NCBI GenBank assembly: GCA_001938485.1 | Contig: MQRK01213447.1 | Location: 1-64,000 of the forward strand | Source: Girardia tigrina | Lineage: Eukaryota | Reading direction: 5' to 3' | DNA: 64,000 bases | Notes under the pieces: generated by a model | Told to the model about the DNA's origin: nothing | The model's input: the letters and a program-made list of their open reading frames with translations, nothing else | The model's database searches: none | Part shown: positions 38,901 through 51,345 of the stretch, piece after piece | Layout: every line of letters starts with the position of its first letter | Numbering within the stretch: position 1 is the stretch's first letter | Position numbers and translations under genes: made by a program

Positions 38901-39535
38901 GGTACAAATAGTATAACTATTGTAAAAGTGGTTCTAATGGAGTATTGATTCTTCCGTTAGTATCACTTTTAACCAATAAATAAAAAAAAATAAATAACAA
39001 TAATAAATAATAATATGAATCTAATTTTAACAATTAGCAAAAACACGCAAACAAACGTACACGAATTCGGAGGTGAATATTAACGTATTCGAGATAAAAT
39101 TCAGTCCAGACAGGGATATTTTCTATGACAATTCGAGATAATTGTCATGGCTTGATTCTATTTGGTTGTTGGCGTAAAAAGAATTTGACGAAATAAATCC
39201 GTAACTAATAGGCAAAACGATAAGTTAATAATTGTCTTTCTTTGTCAACTTGGGATCGATAAATTCGTATTTCAGAGAATCCACCAGTAATAGAACGATT
39301 CTTCGCACAGTGAATATCGACACTGAACGCTCGTTCTATGGCAATCGCTGATTTCATGAATTTCCGATCGGTTTATGAGAAATCCGTACAGAAAATTCCC
39401 AATACTCACAATGATACCGATAAATAATATTAATATCGATTTATCTATTTATATATCTATAAATAAAACTATTATATAATAGAAATATATATGTCGGCGA
39501 GGGGTTCACTACAACTACTTCCTCGATAGCACGAG

Positions 39536-40575
39536 CAGTGTTACCACCCAAGTTTTTGAAAAAACCCCAGATTTTCCTTCAAAAAAAACCCAGATATACC
39601 CAGATTATGTAAATGCTAATATCATGCTAAATTACACTCTAGATGGCATATTTTTACAAATTTAATGAACTAAATAAAATTTAACCGTAAAAAATGCTAA
39701 AAAGAATAATCATTAATAATATAAACTAAACTTAATTAAAGTTAAACGTTATCAATAACTTATTGATGTTCAAAGTTTTGCTTTTAACTTCGAAATTTTT
39801 CATGTGTTTTTGTGTGACTTTATGTGCTAATAAAGCCGTTTTATTAACGTTAGTTAAAGTGCAGGAGCAGACTGTGCAGATGGCTGCATAGCGATTACCA
39901 GAGTCTGGTTTAATCCAATCTTTTAGTTCANNNNNNNNNNNNNNNNNNNNNNNNNNNNNNNNNNNNNNNNNNNNNNNNNNNNNNNNNNNNNNNNNNNNNN
40001 NNNNNNNNNNNNNNNNNNNNNNNNNNNNNNNNNNNNNNNNNNNNNNNNNNNCCATTTTATTATTGTAATTTTATGTTTTAATTAATTTTTATAATGATGA
40101 GTGTTTTTATTAGAAAAAAAATCAATAATAAGTCAATAAACAAAATCTTTTAAACCGGAAATTTAAAAAAAATTTTAATGTAATGGCTGTTAATGACGTA
40201 TAATAAATGACGTCATTATTTTAAATTCATTTGGATGGTCTGATGGTAACCGGTAAACAATTAGTGGTTATAGTGGTTACAAGATCGTTTAGATAATAGT
40301 ATACACTCTAAACACTTTTGAGTTTTGAGAATCAATAGTATACACTCTAAACATTNNNNNNNNNNNNNNNNNNNNNNNNNNNNNNNNNNNNNNNNNNNNN
40401 NNNNNNNNNNNNNNNNNNNNNNNNNNNNNNNNNNNNNNNNNNNNNNNNNNNNNAAAAAACTCAAAAATTGAAAAATACCCAGATTTAACCAAATATGGAA
40501 ATAAAATACCCAGAAACCTAGACAGCAGTCAAAAAACCCAGATCTAGTGAAAAAAACCCAGCTGTGGTAACACTG
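39536..40575 (-). mobile_element. Non-autonomous hAT element with a zinc-finger remnant
   Basis: 12-bp TIR CAGTGTTACCAC / GTGGTAACACTG and perfect 8-bp TSD AGCACGAG (39528-39535 and 40576-40583). Subterminal AAAACCCAGA repeats. Minus-strand WIKP...CTVC...LLAHKVTQKH is a BED-like finger. Confidence 0.92.
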
Positions 40576-43204
40576 AGCACGAGCCTAAAGTAGTACTCGA
40601 TGTTGATATGATCGACTGTATGAGCAAAGTCAAAGAGGATTAGGTCTTTTAAATACCAAAACGTGGTGAGTATAACAGCTTTATGAGAAATGTTGACGAC
40701 TGCATCTTCATGTTATTAGTTGTTCGTTTTGATAATCATATTGACAATAAAATATTCCCGATATTTGTCATTATTGTGGTAAATTTTGTCCTAACTCGTT
40801 ATATACGTGTGACTCGTTATAATCTATTCAAAAAGTAAAACATTCTTTAAACATCAGGTTTTCATTTGTTAGAACTTTGTATACCCGCTATTTACATTGT
40901 CATAAAACTATCTAATACGTCAAATGTACTTTACTTCAATTCTACTTTACGCCAGTAAGCATTTTATACTCTTGAAAAGATACATTGTCTTTAGGAAAAG
41001 TAAATTAATTTCTGGAACCAAAAAGAGCTTTTGTTGAATGCAGCATGTCAATTACTTACTTTACGCGTTTTCACAATCTCGCTCAGAGTAGCAAGCCTTT
41101 TATTGAGGTGGATTACAGGTCCTGGCCCTCCATCCGATGTTGGTCAGCACCTCAACAAGACAAGCTTCAGACACTATAGCCTAGAGAAGAGAGCTATAGT
41201 TTCCCACGGACACCACGTGGAGGTTTTTCCGACTGGCTTAACACAGGTTACCAAGTAACAGGTCCCCGTTGTACATGTACCTGTTTTACACCACAATATA
41301 GTTCGAAAGAACTTTCACCACTTGCACAGTTCAGTCTTTATGCGTACATGCAAGGATCTATTTTTTGACGGCATTAACATAAATTACAAATTATTACATA
41401 TAGGGTACAAAATACCATCATCACACACACATAAAGACTCAAAGCAACATACAAAGTTTAAGTAAAATTCAGATTAAAACTTTATTTATGAGTATACGTA
41501 ACCTTACTGTTTGCATTTGTTAAGAACATTGAGACAATCTTCATTTGAATTTGTATTATTATCACATTTAGAGTCATTACAACTCTCAGAAAGTCTTTCA
41601 CTGTTTGACATCGTCCTAATTGGTTTTGTTATTTATATTTTTAATCATGATTATTCGAACAATTTTTCTAAATTCTTTTAAAATATTTAATTTCTAAAAA
41701 TATTCATTAAATTAATAATTTTAATCATTTCTTAATAAAAACACAAAATAATAAAAATTTTATCAAAATATTAAAAATGAATTTAATTTAAATTTTATTA
41801 ATTTCATTTATATCTACTTAAATGCTTTTCTTTTCTTAAAAAAATATTAAACTTAATATTAATTGTTAATTTTAAAAAATATGAACTTATCAAATGATTA
41901 TTTTAATTATGTTAGAATAGAAAATCACTTTAAATAGAAAAAATACCAACTTCCATCTGGGTTCATGTATTAATATTTTCAAATTAAATTTTTTTCTTTT
42001 AATTTCTGTTTATTTATTAATATTATTATCAACTACGTGTTGATAATAACTATCGCTTAGTGTTCAATTTAAATAATATTTTATTGTTTTAAGTATTACT
42101 TAATTTTCCATGATTTAAAAGTATATATAATATTGAAAATAATAAATAAATAAATATTAGAAATATAAATATAACAGACAGTGTTTTATATTTCTTTCAT
42201 TTTATAAAGCAATGGTAATGGGATTATTTAGTGATTGTCTTTTGTGTAAATAGTGATGTGATTTATATCCATTTCTATGATAATGTCTGCCACTGTTTCA
42301 TCATCGAACAACTCACAGGCAAATATTCATTTGTTGAAAATAAAAAATAAATTATTTTTATTTATTTATTTATTTTCAGAATAAATATTGTTTCGTTCTC
42401 GATATGGCTTACACTCTTAGTAGGTTTCCATGATGAGATTTATCGATATTGGCAAAAGAAAAATACAAATTAACCCTCATATTTTAAAAAAAAATTAATA
42501 AAGAAAAATGAGTTTATTTAAAAATGCTCTCTTTTAATTAGTTAAGGGTTTTATTTTTTCAATAAATGCATTTTTAAGTAACTTCTTTCTTGTCAATTAC
42601 TGCAGATGCCAGTCAAACTTAAAACTAATTCACTTATTTCAACACTTTATGTACTACAACTTTATGTCGAGCGTAGATAGCTGACACGGATGATAGGGCG
42701 GCTTACTCATTTTGTAATGATTCAGAATATTATATTTCTAATGTCTTGTGGTTATCTATTGATAATTTTTTTTCAATAACTCATCTCTTTTGTCTTATAA
42801 AATGATTATCAATGTATCTAGTTAACACGGAATAAATTTATCTTATCTGCCCATACCGAACCCGAAAGATCAAATTAAAACCGGCCCCCTTCGTCTTCTC
42901 AACGACCAATGATCCCTTATCATCTGCAAATAATTTAGATGAACATCTGTGGAAATTTCCTTCCATTCATGTGATAATTTCTTTTTCTGTCTTATGGGAT
43001 TAATATTTTTTTAATAATACTCGTAAATAAATTGGTGTCTAACTGATATAATATAAAATCAATATTAAAATCTAGTTTAATTATTTTTAATGAAAGTTAA
43101 TTATAGATTCCTTTAATTAATGACGTTTTGTTTGAGTGTGGAAGAAATTAAATGAGTAGAAAAGAATATGAAGATTAAAAAAATAAGTTTTTGTATATAT
43201 ATAT

Positions 43205-43503
43205 ATTTAAAAAATGGCAACTTATGTTTAAAAACAAAAAAACACGCCATTTGTTCAATAAACTTTCAGTTTTTATGACAATTAATTTCGACGGTATAAC
43301 CGTCATCGTCAGGTCTCAAGAAGAAAATGAGTTTTAAATCTGCTTATATAGACAAGCATGGATTATGTCATCAATTGATTATTATGTCATTTAAACAAGC
43401 TAAATATGGTCTTCGAGAGACCCATTTGCACATTAATCTTAAGATCTAAAGATCTGATGTATTGTGCTTCACAGGCCACCCTCTCCCAATAGTTTTTAAA
43501 ACA
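43205..43503 (-). mobile_element. Solo 3' fragment (pLTR) of the same PLE family as 521-3077
   Basis: Closely matches about 535-822 (GIY-YIG tail, TATA, hammerhead) and has (TA)n on both sides. Confidence 0.92.
43273..43319 (-). ncRNA. Minimal hammerhead ribozyme, intact core
   Basis: Minus strand reads TTGAGAC-CTGACGA-T-GACGG-TTATA-CCGTC-GAAA-TTAA-TT-GTCATAA. Palindromic AATTAATT stem III region, AUU triplet. Confidence 0.85.
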
Positions 43504-44329
43504 ATATATATATATATATATATTAGATCGTCAAGTATGAAATTTATAAAAGTTTATTGATAATTTACAAATACAAATATTTATGTAATTCATCAAAGTA
43601 TGCACCCATATTATCGAAACAATTTTGCCATTTAGGCGGCAGCTAGTTGAGACAATTTTAATAAAAAATTGGTGGCCGATGTGAGGACTTTCGGAAACTT
43701 GTATCACTTTTTGAATTAAATCTCTAAACAATCTAAATTAAATTTAAAAAACATTATTGATTAAAATATAAAAATTTTACGATTAAAATAAAATAAGTTA
43801 ATATACTTTTTTTAAATTAAAAAATGGATAGTTATTATAAAAACATTTAAATTAGGAAGTTATAATTAAATTTGATAAAAGGCTTTTGGAAATGAAAATA
43901 AACTTAATAAGTTTGGAATGAAATATTTGTAATAAAATTCGAGATAAAATGGTTTGATTAAAAATTTTAAAATGTAAGACTTTAATAAAGTTTGAACTAA
44001 AAATAGGTTTTTAATTTGAAATAATTAAAGATATCAACTTTTATAAATTTTGAAATAATATATTTGTAAAATTGAAATTAAATAAAATATTAAATTATTT
44101 ATTCATATAAAAAATTTATTATTTCTATTTATAAACGTATTTGTGAAAGAAAAAATGAAAACAGTTCCTTGGAAATTTATTCAAAAAAACTTGTTTCAAA
44201 AATATGTTATGTTGTTATATTAAATAAATGTTTTAAAATGTCAAATTCTGATTCTTCGCCTGTGAATTATCAGGAACTAAACAGGCGAGAATTTATAAAT
44301 TCCCGAAAGGCCATTTTTATGGCATCTTC

Positions 44330-44900
44330 GGAATTGAATTACCACAAACTGACAATCAGCTTCTTTTGATGAATGTTATTATTTGAACTGTGTTTTGGCG
44401 CTTCAATCGTGTCCACCCAGATTGTTGTACGTTTGCGATTATCATATTAAATCCACTTTTCATCACAAGGGACAATTCGATTCAAAAAGTGATCACTTGT
44501 ATAACGAAACAGAATCACCAAGCAAGCATCCAAACTCTTTTGTTCCTACTTTTCAATTGATGTGAACCTACTTATTTAACTTTTTCACTTTACCAATTTG
44601 AGCCAAGAGATGCAATACTGTTCGCTTTGTAACAGCAAACGTTAGTGGTAATTCATTAGCCCTTTGTGTTGGATCCGACTCAACGGTTACTTTCAGTTCT
44701 TCATTGTCTACCGGCGTTCCTGGGCGACCCCAAGACTCATTATTAAGGCCAAAATTACCTTTCACAAATTTCCTGAATTCTTTTGAGATTGTCTACAGTG
44801 TAGCAGCATTTTTTCAGCAACAGCTGGACAATATTTCCAACAAGGGATTTTGATGATCAAACTTTTTTTAATTCCCGCTATCCAAACCAATCTTTTCTGT
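44330..44900 (-). pseudogene. mariner transposase fragment
   Basis: GRPGTPVDNEELKVTVESDP...LAQIGKVKKLNK and FLNRIVPCDEKWI*YDNRKR. Confidence 0.85.
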
Positions 44901-45967
44901 ACTGAATAGTGATAGACGCAACTATGATGAAATTCTAATCATTCTGCGCAACATTTTCTTTAAAACTGTTACAATTTAGATGAAAAAACGTTTTTAAATA
45001 CTAATTGACGTATTGGGAGTTGGTGTCTAATTTATAAAAGAATATCATAAATACCTAGATTTCCAAATATTTCAGAAATTGTTTCATTACTTTTATGAAA
45101 AACAATCTTCAAGAAAATTTCTAAAACGGCGGTTTTTGGAAACAACTTCAGGTATATAATTCTGTTTTAAACTGATGATGGCCAAGATTTTATCGATAAA
45201 GATAGTTTAGATTGTTCTACAACTATCACAAGACATTTAGAAGTGATTTTACAGCCAAAACTTTAATGAAATATCAGTAGTCTCATTATTGCGAAAAATC
45301 TCGATCTCTCAGACCTTATGACATCCTAAAATCAAAATGTTGCAAAAGTTTGTGCAGGGTTTGACCTGAAAAACCAGTGACTGCGAATTAAAAAATTTTA
45401 CTACCAAAATCATTGATATTTATAAGTTATGTTATAAATGTCTTTAGAAGTAATTAAATATCGTAACATTTTACTTATACTTATTTTGTGTTCTTCAAGT
45501 AAGTTTGCACGTGAGTTGTTTTAGGCTCTGTTTGTAGTGTTAACATTATCATTGACAGAACAGCGAGAGGCAGCAGAATAGTTAATGCTTCACTAGCAAC
45601 GACTGATGATCTTAAAATATTTGCTTTTTATTACTATTGTTTTTTATTTCATTTCAAAATTAATAATTTGAGTTTATAAAATTTAACAATGTAACTAATG
45701 TGTTATTTGTAAATGCACAGACATAAAAGTTGAAAGTATGAAGTACCGACGGTTTTGTACTTGAATGATGAAATGTTTTATATATAGTGTGACTTTTTAT
45801 CATAGTTGTTGCTATCTTAAGAAACAAAAGATTATTTTATTTTGTTGCACAGATTTTAATAAATTAATCTCTACAGATTTTGATTAAAGACAAATATTTC
45901 TCCTTTTAGAATGAGAGTTAGGTTAATTTTTCATACTGACCGGCAGGAATAGTAATCATAAAGGGTA

Positions 45968-46435
45968 CGTGGTGCGTTCGAAAAGTACCCGACCTAAGGT
46001 GAAAAATGCAATAACATATTTTAGTTTTATTGTGTGATTTAAAAAGTTTAGGATTTAATTTTTGTAACTGTTTTATTTATTCAAACGCTTTCAAATTTTT
46101 ATTACGTCATTTTGAATTTTCGTCAGTCCGATGATTTCAGGCGTCGAATATCGCAGCGTTATCACGTTTTTGTGTTGCGGAAGAAGACGTGAGTGAAATC
46201 TACGACATTTTGCAGTCAACGTAATTACATGATTCTCCATCTCTGAAAACTGCAAAATATTGAGTCAGTGAGTTTAATGGTGGTCACACCTCAGTTTTTG
46301 ATCAGGAAACATCGGGTCATCCACAACACCTTTTTGACACACTAGATGAAAAATTGGAGAAGATTGTCCAAGAAAAAAGGCACTTATTGGCATTCGTTTT
46401 CTTTGTTAGGCCGGGTATTTATTGAACGCACCAAA
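45968..46435 (+). mobile_element. mariner deletion derivative (irritans-like TIR)
   Basis: TIRs GGTGCGTTCGAAAAGTACCCGACCTAA / TTAGGCCGGGTATTTATTGAACGCACC with flanking TA. Internal VEYRSVITF and SPSLKTAKY*VSEFNGGHTSVFDQETSGHP. Confidence 0.8.
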
Positions 46436-47207
46436 TATATTTATTTATGAAAATTTAAATAATTTCAATTAAATCCACAAAAGAAATATTATTTTTAAGT
46501 TCATGATGAACTTGATTAAGAAATTAAACTGTTTTTTACAAGTGATGACCTTTGTTTATTTTACTAATGATCACTTGATGAACCTTGTATATCTAGAAAA
46601 ATAATACGTTTGTTTTTATTTTTTTGATAATATTTATGATGTATTTATATTTTGTAGGTGAAATGATTCTAAACACTTCATAAAGCATGACCAGGTGTGG
46701 CCTGTCAATAGATCCCCCACGTCGTTTTGTAACTTTTACAATCTACAGTCATCATATTTTTATGCAAAAAAATAGATGAATATTATCGAGTTATATTAAG
46801 ATATTTATTAAACTTACAATTACTTACTTTAAATTAAAATGAACAAGTTCTAAATAATTTATACAGGGTACTTTGAGTTCATTAATATCTATAGATCATC
46901 ATAAAAATGTCTTGTGGCATTTGGACTGAAGAATTCCACCAAACATTTTCATCAAATCAAATGTTTAAGTAGATTCTTAAATAGTTAAACCCTTCCATTA
47001 GGATGAAATTTAGTAGCTTCTCCATATTGCTGGAAAGCATACTTTACATTATGCAAGTTTTCTTAAATGTTAAAAACATGAATGTTTGCTGAAGCTTAAA
47101 AGAAAAGTGTAATAATTAAATTCAGAGACTGATGGTGTTATTGTTATAAAAGAGACGATTGAAGAATGACTATTATTTTTTTATGATCAGCAATATTACT
47201 CTAATTA

Positions 47208-47250
47208 GTGATCTCATGATGACGGTTAAACCGTCGAAATATATTATTAC
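47208..47250 (+). ncRNA. Hammerhead relic (G5 to C) in a decayed PLE 3' end
   Basis: GTGAT-CTCATGA-T-GACGG-TTAAA-CCGTC-GAAA-TATA-TT-ATTAC. The downstream AAATGGCGTTT...TTACCAT tract matches the 3' UTR of the main PLE. Confidence 0.7.
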
Positions 47251-48136
47251 AAAATATATTTCTAAATGGCGTTTATTTGTTTTTAATAAAAAATTACCAT
47301 CTATTTTACCACGTTTTACTTAGCTTCGTTTCTTGTCTGGAACAAATCTTGCGATTGATTTTTCGACCACTTTCAGTCATCTAATTGAGCTGAATTTTTT
47401 TATACAGACTTGCTTCCGATGACAATACAATATTTTAAAACATTTATGGCTCTACATAAACCGCATATGCTATAATTTAACTTTATGAAAATTTTAACTT
47501 TATGAAAAAAATCAATAATATTAATTAATACGTACAAAAAATTATTTTGAAATAAAACTTTCTTTTATTAAAATAAAATTTTGTTATTTTGGTTTTATTA
47601 TCATTTCTGTTATTCGAAATCAATCGAAAGATTTGAATTCCTAAATGATAACTAAAAATAGTTAAATAATATTATTAATANNNNNNNNNNNNNNNNNNNN
47701 NNNNNNNNNNNNNNNNNNNNNNNNNNNNNNATTTCTATGCCCCACGTTTTTGGTTAGGTATAAAATTTCGCACATGTCTAGAAAAAAATTATTTTCCTCT
47801 TTTTAGTGCATTGGTAATGCTTGAAAAACGTGGTTGTTTTTATAAAAGAATTTTTTTATTAATAATATTATTTAAGTTTATTTTAATATTATCGATATTT
47901 TATAAATGATATTCTTAAATCTTCTAAATCCTTTTGAATTTGGAATTTTTATAATTTTGATACTCACATATTCGTCTCTTTTCTTGGTCTTGTCAGTGTG
48001 GACTCTATTCAACATTAGCCTAATGTTAGTTTCTATTTTCTTATTATAGTACATTTAGAAGATTTTAAAGGATTTATAAATAGTAATTACGTGTAACAAT
48101 ATCTATAACGTTAAAATAGTTTCAGTAATATCTAAA

Positions 48137-48510
48137 GTGACGGTATTCTTAACAGTGAAATCAAAAACTGACTTGATAAAGAAAACTTTTAATTTTAAAT
48201 TTAATTTAAAACTTAAATTTAATTGTCATTGGTGTAAATATTCGTACATTGGAGAGACAAATCGTCATCTCAAAACACGGATTATTGAACATTCACAGTC
48301 GAGTAGATCGAGTAAGGTTCTTGATCGCTGTAAATGTTGCAAAGATAGAATTTCTTCAATTTCAAAAAAATGAATTTTCTATTCTTCAAAAGAACTTTGA
48401 TTCACCTTAAGAGATATTGTATTGTGAAACATTGCTAATAAGAAACTCTTACTATTGATTAACATTCAAAATCTGAAAAAAAGAGGCATCACTATAAAAT
48501 TTCTTCAATT

Positions 48511-48551
<41 letters not shown>

Positions 48552-48754
48552 GTAACATACAAAATAAAATAATAATTATTATCATATAAAATTAAATTTG
48601 AATAAAATACTAATATGTTTAGTTTCCATATATTGATTATTATATAAAGTTGCTCAAGATGACCAAATTACCTGATCAAAACATATTTAAAGATAATTTT
48701 TTAAAAAGTGCTTTAACGAATATTTAATAGAAAAATATTACATTTATGTTCACT

Positions 48755-48760
<6 letters not shown>
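48137..48760 (+). mobile_element. PLE GIY-YIG fragment and degenerate 3' UTR
   Basis: KFNCHWCKYSYIGETNRHLKTRIIEH. A degenerate hammerhead-like CTCAAGA-T-GACCA..TGATC-AAAA-CATATT lies at about 48653-48688. TA repeats interrupt and follow it. Confidence 0.8.
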
Positions 48761-48789
<29 letters not shown>

Positions 48790-48839
48790 NNNNNNNNNNN
48801 NNNNNNNNNNNNNNNNNNNNNNNNNNNNNNNNNNNNNNN

Positions 48840-48880
<41 letters not shown>

Positions 48881-49651
48881 GATTTAATTTTTTTTATTAT
48901 ATTAATAAATTAATTATGTTTTTCTTTGAAAATAACGTTGTTAGAAAATTCAACTGTACAAAAAAGTTTTCTTTTAATTAATAATTAAATTAGACAGATT
49001 AATTTTTGAAGTTAACAAAATCATCTTATTTTCTGAGAGAATAATATTAATAATTAATTATGAATTAATCAAGAAATATTATGTTCGTATTTATTCAGAG
49101 ATTGAAAATTTTGTTTGTCTTGACGAGTTTAATTGGTACTTCTTATTGATGTGAAAAACATTAATTAAAAACAGCTTCAAAATGCCTCTCGGTTGTTCGA
49201 TTATTAAAGTAGATAGAAAATATTTTAAATAAACAATTGTATGTTTTACAAACAATCTTGAGTAAATGTCTAGGAGAATTTTATGTGAGAATTATGCGTT
49301 TCTGGGGTGTGTTTACAAAAATAATATCCTGTTTCTCATGGTTTTGTGACAATAACAAAGCAAAATGGTTTTTTTATTATGAAAATTATTTTTTTCTTGT
49401 AACTATCGATAAAACTTTCATAGAAATAAAAAATCAAATTGTTAATAGGATTTTTTTTACTTTATTTTAACAAAATCTAACAATAAACAATATTTAATTT
49501 TAATAGTATTTTTTTATATTTGCATTTTAAAAAAAACAGTATTGTACCGATTATTATAACCCCCTTAACAAGGACACCCTTTCGAGTACAAATATGCTAT
49601 AAACTGTGAGTAGACTCATTTTTTTGACGCAACAGCCCACTAAAGGTGACA

Positions 49652-50745
49652 CTTGTTGCAAAATGAATGCAGGTTTTTGATTTTTTTGTATTTACCGCAA
49701 TGTTATACGACTAAAGCATGTATGATGTTATCAGTCATTCGAAAGCTTAATTTATACTCTTTCAGATATATTTGTTTAAAACTTATTATAATGTTTCTTT
49801 TGTGAGTAATTTCGAATTTAATTGCAGATGTCATAACGTAATTTTCAAAGCAATTACTTCTACGAGTTCCAGCTAGGGTGTAATGCACTTCAAATGAATC
49901 GAAACATCAACGAAGTTTGGGGCAAGGGAAGTGTCACTTGAAACAATTCGGCACTTGAAGCAATTTGGAAAGTCGTAAAAGGTCGATAAATGGGTGCCTC
50001 ACGAATTGAACGAAAGTCAGGAAATCGTCGTTTTGAAGTGTCTTCCGCGCTTCTTCTGTACAACAAGAACGACTGGTTTCTCGATCGAATTGTGAAATGT
50101 GATGAGAAGTGGATTCTCTACGACAATCGGCGATGTTCAGCACAATGGTTGGACCGCGATGAGGCTCCTTAACTTTTTCCGAAACGATTGTCCACCAAAA
50201 TAAGGTCACGGTGACTGTTTGCTGGTCTGCAACGGGTCTCATCTATCACAGCTTTCTGAATACTGGTGAAACGATCACCACAGAGAAGTACTGCCAACAA
50301 ATCGACAAAATGCATCACGAACTTGGAGGTATGTGCCCGAGATTGGTCAATATTAAAAGGTCAATTCTCCTCCACGAAACACCAGGCTACACATCGCCAA
50401 ACCGACTCTACAAAAGCCAGAGGATTTGAGCTACGAAGCTCTGCCTCATTCACCCTACTCAGCGGACCTTTCGCCCACCGACTACCATTTTTTCAAGCAT
50501 CTGTAAAACTTCCTTCAGGAAAAATACTTCAAATACCAAGACGACGCCAAAGATGCATTTGACGCTTTCATCGCGTCTAGAACTCAGGAGGTCTACACTA
50601 GGAGCATCAATAAACTTGTTTCTGGTTTGCAAAAATGTATTGATCCTGATGGTTTTTATTTCGATTAATAAAGTTTATTCTGTGCTGAGTTACATTTGTT
50701 TAAAGTTTAGGTTCAAGAACCTGTATTGTTTTTGCAACTACCTAA
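49652..50745 (+). mobile_element. Degenerate mariner (cecropia-like)
   Basis: KWVPHEL, FLDRIVKCDEKWILYDNRR, TVCWSATGLIYHSFL, LPHSPYSADLSPTDYHFFKHL. Right TIR ...TTTTTGCAACTACCTAA followed by TA; eroded left TIR GTTGCAAAATGAATGCAGG. Confidence 0.9.
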
Positions 50746-51345
50746 TATAATATGACTAGAATGTGTTTGTGTGTTTATCTGTGTAATTTCCTGTGTGTGG
50801 TCATAATATTATATCTCATAATGTATTATGGATCAAACTATTAAAAATTTGGTATGAACTTCAAATAATTTTCTTTTGACTCAATCTTTTGATATAAACT
50901 TTTTTAATCTTGATTCTGATATTGAGTATATATTTTCTAACAGACATAAAAGGGATAGGGAAAATAGCGAATTTCGAGTGTTTTATGCAAATTTCGATTT
51001 GTCTAATGACGTGTCTATCTTGAACCCCTCTACGGAAGTGGATCCCAACCAAATTTTATGAGAAGTAACATTACTTATCAGTGTATCTGAGTAGAGATTC
51101 TTCGTGTCAAATGGACAACATAATAAAATTAGATAAATAGATTTTGCAAAAATTAAACATATCATTTTTCAATGGAGCTACTAAAACACTGATCAAAGTA
51201 AGACCAGCAAAAGTTGATGATAACTATTTGACGACACTATATGATGGGGAATATTATAATAAAACCTTAAAAAATCAAATCTGCAGAGGTTTTCAAAAAG
51301 AACTTTTTAACAATTCATTGACTTCTGTGAAGAAGACTCCTAGAT

